Assembly: GCA_050287085.1 (NCBI GenBank)
Contig: JBNKBE010000013.1
Location: 96,001-160,000 of the forward strand
Length of the DNA: 64,000 nt
Direction of reading: 5' to 3'
From: Polyangiaceae bacterium
Lineage (GTDB): Bacteria; Myxococcota_A; Polyangia; Polyangiales; Polyangiaceae
Shown here one piece after another: positions 56,621 to 64,000 of the stretch. The first letter of the stretch is position 1. Each line of letters starts with the position of its first letter. The notes beneath the pieces are model-generated. The model saw nothing but the letters and a program-made list of their open reading frames with translations, was not told the DNA's origin and ran no database searches. The position numbers and the translations under genes were made by a program.

Positions 56621-58834
56621 GTGTCTCAACCCGCTCCGCCAAAAGAACCCGCCGCCAGCAGTAGACCACCGGCTAGCCAGCAAAGCCGAAGCGCTGCGCC
56701 TTCGTCGGATAGCTCCGACAGGACCACAAAGGGACCATCGGAACGGGCCCGGTCTGTGCCACCACATGCCCGCACCTTTCATCGTGAGCTGTCGTGGCTG
56801 CGGTTCAATGAAAGGGTCCTCGAAGAAGCACAAGACACGCGTCTTCCTGCCGCCGAACGGGCTCGCTTCTTGTCCATTGCCTCGTCCAATCTGGACGAGT
56901 TCGTCATGGTTCGCTTTCCTACACTCTTCGATGGCAGTGACGCTGCGGTGGTGGGCAGCTCGGGCCTGACACGAAGCGGAGCATTGGCGGCGGTTCGACG
57001 CAATCTGCGCCGGCACGTAGCCGACATATACAACACCTACGATCGGCTGCTGCCAACCCTCGAAGCACTGGGCGTCCAGCTGGTCCCCCGCGACGCATGG
57101 TCTACCGCGGAAAGCCGACGCGTCGAATTCTACTTCCAGAGAAGCCTCGAATTGATCCTGACGCCCCTGGCCGTGGATCCAGCTCACCCATTTCCCCTGC
57201 TGGCCAATCTGCGTCTCTATCTGGCGCTGGAGCTGCAGACCGAAGGGAGTCAAGAGACATCATTTGCCTTGGTCGGCGTTCCGTCGACGGAGCCCAGATT
57301 GTTCGCCCTCTCCGAAGGTCGTTATGCGCTGCTTGAAGACGCGGTGGGACACGCGGTCGCCGACCTATTCCCTGGGTCCGCGGTGTTGTCTTCCGCACCG
57401 CTGCGCGTCACCCGTGACGGGTCTATCGACATCGATGAAGACCAGACGACCGATCTCCTCGTTGAGATCGAGGAAGGTCTACGCCATCGCGGTCGTGGCG
57501 CCGTGGTTCGTCTTGAGGTCGCCGCTTGCATGTCCGCGCGAATGCGTGCCTGGCTGATCTCCAACATCGGTCTGGACGAGCAGGATGTTCTGGAGATCTC
57601 GGGACCGATCGATCCCGGTTTCCTCGGCGCCGCTTCCAGTTTGACCCCTGCCCTCTCGGAAGCTCAGTTCTCCCCCCATCGCCCAGCATCCTGTCCCGCG
57701 CCCTGGGACGATCCTTTCAGCTCCCTGCGTGAGCGCTCCCTGCTTCTGCACCACCCTTACGATTCGTTTGAACCGGTTGTGCACTTTGTCGAGAAGGCGG
57801 CACGAGATCCCCAGGTCGTCGCCATCAAGCAGACGCTCTACCGCGTATCCGGCGATTCTCCCATCGTTCAAGCGCTGATCGAAGCCGCGCGTAGCGGCAA
57901 GCAAGTGACGGTCTTGTGCGAGTTGAAAGCTCGCTTCGATGAAAGCCGCAATATCGGCTGGGCGCGACGCCTGGAGCGAGCCGGCGCCCACGTGCTCTAC
58001 GGCGTCATTGGGTACAAGGTGCATGCAAAGCTACTGCTGATCGTTCGCCACGATGAGGACGGCGTGCGACGCTATGTTCACCTGGGTACGGGCAACTACA
58101 ACGACACTACGGCACGCTTCTACGAAGATCTCTCGTACTTCACGGCCAACGAGGCCGTGTGCCGCGACGTTGGGCGGCTCTTCAACATGCTCACTGGATT
58201 CTCCCGCCCGCCGGCATGGGAACGCTTGGTGGTAGCCCCGCTGACGTTCCGTTCCACCATTGAAGCCTGGATCGAACGAGAAGTAGAACACGCTCGCAAA
58301 GGACGCGTCGCCCGCATCTTCTGCAAGTGCAATAGTCTTGTGGACACCGAAGTCTGCGAACGGCTGTATGCGGCGAGTCAGGCTGGCGTGCAGATCGATC
58401 TCGTCATCCGCGGCGTGTGCATACTGCGTCCGGGGGTGCCCGGACTATCCGACAACATCCGCGTACGCTCCGTCGTGGGGCGGTTCCTGGAACACAGCCG
58501 GATCTACCGCTTCGAGAACCGGGGTTCGCCGACGTATCTCTTCGGCTCCGGTGATTGGATGACGCGCAATTTCGACTGGCGCGTAGAGAGCCTAGCGCAG
58601 CTCTTGGAACCGGAGTTCCAAGGCTACCTCGACCACGTGATCGAAGGCTACTTGAGCGACTGCCGCAACACTCGAGTGTTGCAAGCAGATGGGACGTATC
58701 GCCACCTGGGCATGGCCTGCGACGAGGTCGGCATTCAGAACCTTCTCATCGCCGAACGTCATGAAGAGCGGCGCCCCACAAGCGGCGGTGAAACGCTCAC
58801 CGCGTTCCGTCCCGCGCGCGCGCCAAGCGCTTGA
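56621..58834 (+). CDS. ppk1: Polyphosphate kinase 1
   Basis: RELSWL.FNERVL, SNLDEF, LLHHPYDSF (phospho-His), ELKARFDE, KVHAK, GTGNYN, GRFLEHSR. Confidence 0.97.
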   Translation: MSQPAPPKEPAASSRPPASQQSRSAAPSSDSSDRTTKGPSERARSVPPHARTFHRELSWLRFNERVLEEAQDTRLPAAERARFLSIASSNLDEFVMVRFPTLFDGSDAAVVGSSGLTRSGALAAVRRNLRRHVADIYNTYDRLLPTLEALGVQLVPRDAWSTAESRRVEFYFQRSLELILTPLAVDPAHPFPLLANLRLYLALELQTEGSQETSFALVGVPSTEPRLFALSEGRYALLEDAVGHAVADLFPGSAVLSSAPLRVTRDGSIDIDEDQTTDLLVEIEEGLRHRGRGAVVRLEVAACMSARMRAWLISNIGLDEQDVLEISGPIDPGFLGAASSLTPALSEAQFSPHRPASCPAPWDDPFSSLRERSLLLHHPYDSFEPVVHFVEKAARDPQVVAIKQTLYRVSGDSPIVQALIEAARSGKQVTVLCELKARFDESRNIGWARRLERAGAHVLYGVIGYKVHAKLLLIVRHDEDGVRRYVHLGTGNYNDTTARFYEDLSYFTANEAVCRDVGRLFNMLTGFSRPPAWERLVVAPLTFRSTIEAWIEREVEHARKGRVARIFCKCNSLVDTEVCERLYAASQAGVQIDLVIRGVCILRPGVPGLSDNIRVRSVVGRFLEHSRIYRFENRGSPTYLFGSGDWMTRNFDWRVESLAQLLEPEFQGYLDHVIEGYLSDCRNTRVLQADGTYRHLGMACDEVGIQNLLIAERHEERRPTSGGETLTAFRPARAPSA

Positions 58835-59029
58835 ACCCGCTGCGCGACCGTATCTCCAGGTACTGCAACGGCTCACTTTGCAGCCTGACGGCAAGCTTCC
58901 GTGCAACGGCGTACGAGCGTAAGGGTGTCGGTAGCGAAGGCAAGGTAACGCCCCATAAAAGTACGGCACAAACACAACGCCCAGCGAGGCAAGAGAGCTT
59001 CGCGCCAAAAGATCCCACATGATAGTGGG

Positions 59030-62020
59030 ATGCAGCCCGAGTCCTCCGTCGTGGGGGTCCTGTCCCCGTACACAGGCGGCTTCTACTACGGCGCCATCAT
59101 CGCGGGGATCCAACGTGCGGCGCGACGGCGCGGTGCACGCGTCGTGGTGCTGCACACCACTGGACTGCAGCTCTGGTGGCCCGATAGCGACGCGCTGCCG
59201 CTAGCGCTATCGGACGTCGATGGTTGGATCGCCGTCAACGACGTGAGCGCGCCGCGTTTCTTGAACCACGTGGCTGCGCTGGGCCGTCCCCTTGTGTATC
59301 TGAGTCGCCGACCACAAGGTGTCAGCTGTTGCACCGTGCTGCCCGACAACCACGGAGGCACGCTCAGCGCAGTCCGACATCTGCTTGATCATGGTCATAC
59401 TCGCATTGCTTTCGTCGGCTTGTTGAGCCAACTCGACCTACGCGAACGCTATGAAGGCTATGTCGCGGCCCATCACGAGCGGGGTCTAGAGCCCGATCCG
59501 GCATTGCTATACTGGACTTCAAACAACCTAGAGCCGGATGGTTCTGACGTTGGACGTCAGATGGTGGCAGATGGTCTTCCGTGCACCGCTATTGCCGCTG
59601 GCACGGACAAGCTGGCCATCGGTTTGGTCTTGGCACTCCGCGAGGAGGGCGTCGAAGTCCCAGAGCAGGTAGCAGTTGTCGGCTTCGATGACATCGAGAA
59701 GGCGCAGTACGTCGATCCGCCGCTCTCGACCGTGCGACAACGCTTCGACGTGTTGGCCGGTAAAGCGACAGACACACTTCTCGATCATCTGCATCATGCA
59801 ACCAAGTTACCCAACACAGTGCGAGTGGCCACCGCGCTAGTGACACGTGCTTCGTGCGGGTGCACGGGCTCGGCAGCAGAACGAGTCGCCGTCGAGGCGG
59901 AAAGCGATACGGGGCGTCCCGAAGCCCTCACGCGAGCACTGCTCGAGCTGGCGGGGGCAACGAGTCAATACGCCATCGGGCGAAGCGCCTGGCCCGAAGC
60001 GGAACGCGTCGCCCACTATGTCCACGAGTTGAGTCAAGGTCGTCCGGCACCTGCAAAGCACTTGCGAGGCGCGTGGAAGGGCTTCGTCGACCACAACCAC
60101 GACATCGATAGCATCGACCGCGCGATCGGCATGACGGCCGACGCTGCACTCGCCTGGGCCGAGCTCGACGAGAGACGACAATACGTTCGCCAGGGCTTGC
60201 GCCCGCTTCGCGTGGAACTGATGCGTCAATGGCGAGCTGCCCAACACGAACGCAATCGCTACTACGACTTCGTGGCTGAAGCCAACGGTAGGATCAATCA
60301 AGCGCTCACCGGCAACGAGTTCCGAGAAGCCAAGGCGTTGTCCTGGCTGAAGTGGACTCGTTTGCGTTATGGTGCACTCGGCCTGTGGGACATAGCCGCC
60401 AGCGGAGAACGACGACTCCGCATCGTCAGCGAGTACGGCGCGGGAGAAGAGTCGCTCCTGGGGCGTGACTTTGCAGCCGATGAGTTTCCTCCGCGCGCAG
60501 CTTCCGATCTCAGTGCAGAGCTGGGTCCCGACAACGTGCTGATGGTCGTGCCCGTACCGGGGCAATCCGACAATCTAGGACTGCTCGCGGTTGCGGGCCC
60601 CATTGAAGTCGAGTTTCTCGACCACGTCGGCAGCCTGGGTGATTGGGCATCGCTACTGGGCGCGAGTTTGCAAAGAGAAAGAGTAGAGCAGAAGCTGCGC
60701 GAGTCCGCCTCGCACGACGCGCTCACGGGTTTGCCCAATCGAGCCCAGCTCATGGAGCGTTTAGCTGCCCTCCAGGAAGCCACGACCTTCGGAAGCCGCT
60801 TTGCCGTATTGTTCTTGGATCTGGATGACTTCAAGAACGTCAACGACAGCTTGGGGCACGTTGCAGGAGACCAGCTGCTGGTCGACATCGCAGCGCGACT
60901 CAGCGCGTCGCTGGAGGCAGGCGAGATGGTCGCTCGACTCGGCGGTGACGAGTTCGCAATCCTAGTGCCAGACATCCAGCACGAGGCCGACGCATTGGAC
61001 GTCGTGACGCGTATTCAAGAAGCACTGCGGCCCCCTTTTGAGCTCGATGGGAATGTCGTATTCACGTCTTGCAGCGTGGGGGTCACCTTCAGCACCGAAA
61101 GCGACGCTCCGGCGACGGAGCTTCTGCGCAACGCGGACACCGCGATGTATCGAGCCAAACTCGAGGGTCGCGCCCGGCACGAAATATTCCACCACGGCAT
61201 GCACACGCAAGCCATGGAGCGCCTGCGCCTCGATACGCGGCTGAGGCGTGCGTTGGAAAGAGGCGAATTCGCGCTGCACTATCAACCCCTTCAATGCCAA
61301 CGAAGCGGCCGCGCGATCGGCGCCGAGGCGCTCATTCGCTGGAATCATCCTCAGCAAGGGCTGCTCTCTCCCAGTCGCTTCTTAGCCGTCGCCGAAGAGG
61401 TCGGCCTGGCAATCCCGATCAGTCGCTGGGTCCTAGAGACGGCCTGCGCAGAAGCAAAGCACTGGCAACACGTGCAGGGTGCTCCCTACGTAAACGTCAA
61501 CCTCCCAGCTCAGCATCTCAAGGATCCCAACTTCGTAGCGCTGATCCAGGAGCTACTAGAACGCTTTGATCTTCCGCGAGGCGCGCTCGGGCTCGAATTG
61601 GTGGAGAGCAGCCTGGTTGAAGACCTCGACGCCACCACGACCCTGCTCCTGCAGCTGGCTGATTTGGGGGTCCGCACCGCAATCGATGACTTCGGAATGG
61701 GCTATTCATCACTCAGCTACCTGAAGCGACTCCCGGTACAGACTCTGAAAATCGATCGCGCTTTCATCGCGGGCGTGCCCCATGACGGGCGTGACGCAGC
61801 GATCGTCCGGGCCGTGATCGAGATGGGGCACGGGCTGGATCTGCAAATCGTAGCGGAGGGCGTCGAACGGCCGGAACAGCTCGACTTCTTGCGCGCCCAA
61901 GGTTGCGACGCGGTACAGGGATTTTTGCTCAGCCGTCCCCTATCGGCCGGACAATGCCGCAACTTCCTCCACGCCCAACGGCCCAGGCCCGCCCTGGAGG
62001 AATCACTCCGAGTCAGCTGA
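59030..62020 (+). CDS. LacI-type ligand-binding domain + GGDEF + EAL c-di-GMP enzyme
   Basis: HL..HGH.RIAF, AVVGFDD...PPLSTVRQ; RLGGDEF; EALIRW, DDFG.GYSS, KIDRAF, AEGVE, QGF. Confidence 0.93.
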   Translation: MQPESSVVGVLSPYTGGFYYGAIIAGIQRAARRRGARVVVLHTTGLQLWWPDSDALPLALSDVDGWIAVNDVSAPRFLNHVAALGRPLVYLSRRPQGVSCCTVLPDNHGGTLSAVRHLLDHGHTRIAFVGLLSQLDLRERYEGYVAAHHERGLEPDPALLYWTSNNLEPDGSDVGRQMVADGLPCTAIAAGTDKLAIGLVLALREEGVEVPEQVAVVGFDDIEKAQYVDPPLSTVRQRFDVLAGKATDTLLDHLHHATKLPNTVRVATALVTRASCGCTGSAAERVAVEAESDTGRPEALTRALLELAGATSQYAIGRSAWPEAERVAHYVHELSQGRPAPAKHLRGAWKGFVDHNHDIDSIDRAIGMTADAALAWAELDERRQYVRQGLRPLRVELMRQWRAAQHERNRYYDFVAEANGRINQALTGNEFREAKALSWLKWTRLRYGALGLWDIAASGERRLRIVSEYGAGEESLLGRDFAADEFPPRAASDLSAELGPDNVLMVVPVPGQSDNLGLLAVAGPIEVEFLDHVGSLGDWASLLGASLQRERVEQKLRESASHDALTGLPNRAQLMERLAALQEATTFGSRFAVLFLDLDDFKNVNDSLGHVAGDQLLVDIAARLSASLEAGEMVARLGGDEFAILVPDIQHEADALDVVTRIQEALRPPFELDGNVVFTSCSVGVTFSTESDAPATELLRNADTAMYRAKLEGRARHEIFHHGMHTQAMERLRLDTRLRRALERGEFALHYQPLQCQRSGRAIGAEALIRWNHPQQGLLSPSRFLAVAEEVGLAIPISRWVLETACAEAKHWQHVQGAPYVNVNLPAQHLKDPNFVALIQELLERFDLPRGALGLELVESSLVEDLDATTTLLLQLADLGVRTAIDDFGMGYSSLSYLKRLPVQTLKIDRAFIAGVPHDGRDAAIVRAVIEMGHGLDLQIVAEGVERPEQLDFLRAQGCDAVQGFLLSRPLSAGQCRNFLHAQRPRPALEESLRVS

Positions 62021-62139
62021 GTCCACGTCGCTCTAATGCAATCACGCTTTCGTCCGTACTCTTAGCGACGGCCGGCTGCGGCCGGCAACGCCTATGCTCC
62101 ACCGGAGCATGGGAGTGGGAGAAATGCGCCCGAGGCCCT

Positions 62140-63438
62140 ATGAACACGAGCGTCCGCGAGAAGCTGGAGTCGTCCTTTCAATCCTACCTAGCCCAAGTCA
62201 CTGAGCACGTTCGCAATACCCCTGCGCACGACGAGCTGGACGACGAGCTCGCTGAGGAGATTGCCGCTGAGGTCATCGTACGAGCGATCAAGGGGTGTCC
62301 TTCCGCTGAGACGCTCGACCAATACCTCGCGACCACTGCTGAACAAGTGGTGGGAGATCGTCTACGGCAATACGAGCAGAGCCACACCCCCGAGTCGACC
62401 CAAACCTTCAGCGCCCACGCTGAGGCTGCCGCAGCGCCCGCCATCCAAGAAGACGAGTGGGACGAAAACGACGAGGAAGAAAGCGCTGTAGCTGACGCCG
62501 AGCCTAGTTCCGAACCTGGCGGGCAAGACCCGACACTGGACGCCAGGGCTGACGCCTTCGACGTTGATCGCTCGGAGAAAGCCGGTAGCGCCGACGAAGT
62601 CGACCAGGACGAAGAAGCCCTATTGGACGACGAGACCCCACCGGAAGCACTGACCGCCGGCGAGGACGAGCCAGACGCCCCTGACGACGTGCCCTCCCTG
62701 GAGGACGGCCACAGCGGCGACCCCTTCGCAGACGACTGGGGTGACGAGGACGACGGCGCCTTGTTTGCTGACGCCGACGGGCAAGCCGAGGCCGACGCGC
62801 CCGACAGCACGGGCACGCCGGCCATTTTGGATGAGTTCGACGAAGATTCGGCGCCCCCGCCCGAACACGATTTTGCCGCGGACGTGACAGACCCGCCTGC
62901 ACTGGTTTCGGAGGAGGACGACGACGCGGAGTTGCCCGAACCCCCGCGTTCGAGCGCAAGACGACCGAGCCAAGACGCAGCCTTTGTGGAAGGGCTAGCG
63001 ACCTTGGAAGAGGAAGCGAAAGCGCTTGCTCCCCCCCCTGTGGCCACTTCTCGCGACAAAGAAACGCTGCCTCCACCTTCCTCCCGCAGACGCACCCCGA
63101 CTCCGGCGGCGCTGCCTCCAGCCCCCGCCACCGAGACGCTGCGTATTCCACGGGGTACGGAGCCTTTGGGAGACGCTCTCAGCGGCTTGGCTTGTTGCGG
63201 CTTTCCGGACAATCCGCTGCGGGCCGCCCGGTTGTGTCTGGTGTCACTGGCGGATGAATTGGGTGCCGACCCCGTCGACGCCCTCTCCCATACTGTAGAA
63301 GTGGCCGATGCCTTGGAAGCGGTGGTACGGCGCCACGCGGAGCCAGGAACGCGCCCTTGGCCGCGGGTGGACCTGCTCACGGACTGGCAACGGGTGGCGC
63401 GTCGTGCCACCCTGCGCGCCCTCTATCGGGAACGCTGA
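62140..63438 (+). CDS. Hypothetical protein with a long Asp/Glu-rich central region
   Basis: 432-aa ORF; helical N- and C-terminal parts flank an acidic, Pro-rich stretch. Confidence 0.65.
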   Translation: MNTSVREKLESSFQSYLAQVTEHVRNTPAHDELDDELAEEIAAEVIVRAIKGCPSAETLDQYLATTAEQVVGDRLRQYEQSHTPESTQTFSAHAEAAAAPAIQEDEWDENDEEESAVADAEPSSEPGGQDPTLDARADAFDVDRSEKAGSADEVDQDEEALLDDETPPEALTAGEDEPDAPDDVPSLEDGHSGDPFADDWGDEDDGALFADADGQAEADAPDSTGTPAILDEFDEDSAPPPEHDFAADVTDPPALVSEEDDDAELPEPPRSSARRPSQDAAFVEGLATLEEEAKALAPPPVATSRDKETLPPPSSRRRTPTPAALPPAPATETLRIPRGTEPLGDALSGLACCGFPDNPLRAARLCLVSLADELGADPVDALSHTVEVADALEAVVRRHAEPGTRPWPRVDLLTDWQRVARRATLRALYRER

Positions 63439-63561
63439 CCGCGGTGTGGGGTAGATAGATCCGCCCCACACCCGGCCGCCACTGGTCGCACGCCGTGCGC
63501 CAGACGCCCATGCGCCGCATGCCGCCTGAAATCCGTCGGCACGCCTTTCGCTCCTACGCGA

Positions 63562-63588
63562 TGAGTCGCCCCCACGTTGGGCGACTCA
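63562..63588. promoter_or_regulatory. Perfect 10-bp hairpin immediately 5' of the recA RBS
   Basis: TGAGTCGCCC-CCACGTT-GGGCGACTCA followed by AACAGGAG. Confidence 0.45.
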
Positions 63589-63602
63589 AACAGGAGTGAA
63601 CG

Positions 63603-64000
63603 ATGACCAGCCCAAGAGATCCGAAGCCAACCCCCACCGCACCCCGAAACAAAGCACAGAAGCCGCCCGCCATGGGCGCTTGCAAGTCCTCCGGAGAAAC
63701 GAGCTCAAAGCGCCCTGCTAGCGAGAGCGAGAGCGAGAGCGAGAGCGAGAGCGAGGTTGCGGCCAGCAGTAGCTCAGCTCCGACCCCGAGCTCCGCTCCG
63801 ACCAGCTCAGCTCCGACCAGCTCAGCTCCGACCAGCTCAGCTCCGACCCCGAGCTCAGCTCCGACCCCTAACGAGGCGGAAGCACTGCCGGAGCTCACGA
63901 CGCGAGCGATCACCGACATTGAAAAGAGCTTCGGCAAAGGCGCCATCATGGTGCTGGGGCAGAAACCGGATCGCCGGTTTGCCGTCATCCCCTCAGGTTC
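63603..64000 (+). CDS. recA: Recombinase RecA, 5' part, with a repeat-rich N-terminal extension (continues beyond the window; absent from the ORF track)
   Basis: AGGAG RBS + ATG 63603; open frame ending AITDIEKSFGKGAIMVLG...VIPSGS, the RecA N-terminal signature. Confidence 0.85.
   Translation, partial: MTSPRDPKPTPTAPRNKAQKPPAMGACKSSGETSSKRPASESESESESESEVAASSSSAPTPSSAPTSSAPTSSAPTSSAPTPSSAPTPNEAEALPELTTRAITDIEKSFGKGAIMVLGQKPDRRFAVIPSG
63720..63869 (+). repeat. (AGCGAG)6 microsatellite and 6x 15/18-bp SSAPT(P) repeat in the recA 5' region
   Basis: AGCGAG x6 at 63720-63755; AGCTCMGCTCCGACC(CCG) x6 at 63771-63869. Confidence 0.95.

Noticed and set aside
62184..63410. 408-aa Ser-rich minus-strand ORF
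   Set aside because: Mirror of the acidic plus-strand gene (GAC/GAG codons read as Ser/Val/Leu antisense)
63439..63602. LexA/SOS box upstream of recA
   Set aside because: No match seen to the Myxococcus-type (..GTTCAG) or E. coli-type (CTGT-N8-ACAG) boxes
63554..63988. 144-aa minus-strand ORF with GAELV repeats
   Set aside because: Antisense shadow of the recA 5' end, which has an RBS and a recognisable motif on the plus strand

Overview
GC-rich chromosomal window that looks like a Myxococcota (Polyangia/Sorangium-like) bacterium, judged from Ser/Thr kinase-PEGA gene pairs, a MYXO-CTERM sorting signal, Gly-rich lipoproteins and DUF1592/DUF1552 pairs. It holds about 44 protein genes. The left part has the 3' part of putA, a GT4, a TIGR02147-lipoprotein module behind a structured AT-rich leader, SIMPL, mscS and a lipoprotein/PEGA/Ser-Thr kinase operon. 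The middle has three secreted esterase-type lipoproteins (one like the Pseudomonas mendocina cutinase), an orphan CheA-like kinase, and two DUF1592-DUF1552 pairs with wrbA and a heme-motif/reeler/MopE surface protein. A second kinase is separated from its PEGA gene by about 1.8 kb of decayed DNA containing an ISAs1 remnant, and two small c-type cytochromes follow. The right part is a carbon/phosphate-energy block: phosphorylase-kinase alpha/beta homologue, pfkA, HD-GYP, OmpA, membrane PPase, a SulP-STAS-PTS EIIA fusion, ROK, a Ppx with degenerate motifs, ppk1 and a LacI-sensor GGDEF/EAL protein. It ends with an acidic orphan and the 5' end of a recA with a long repeat-rich N-terminal extension. 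The most unusual signals are: (1) a dispersed palindromic repeat family with three intergenic copies and a segment found in frame inside a kinase; (2) 15-18 bp tandem duplications at gene starts and stops; (3) the phosphorylase-kinase/polyP/PPi cluster; (4) the DUF1592/DUF1552/heme surface module. No rRNA, tRNA or CRISPR array was seen. All family calls come from motif recognition by eye, not database searches.
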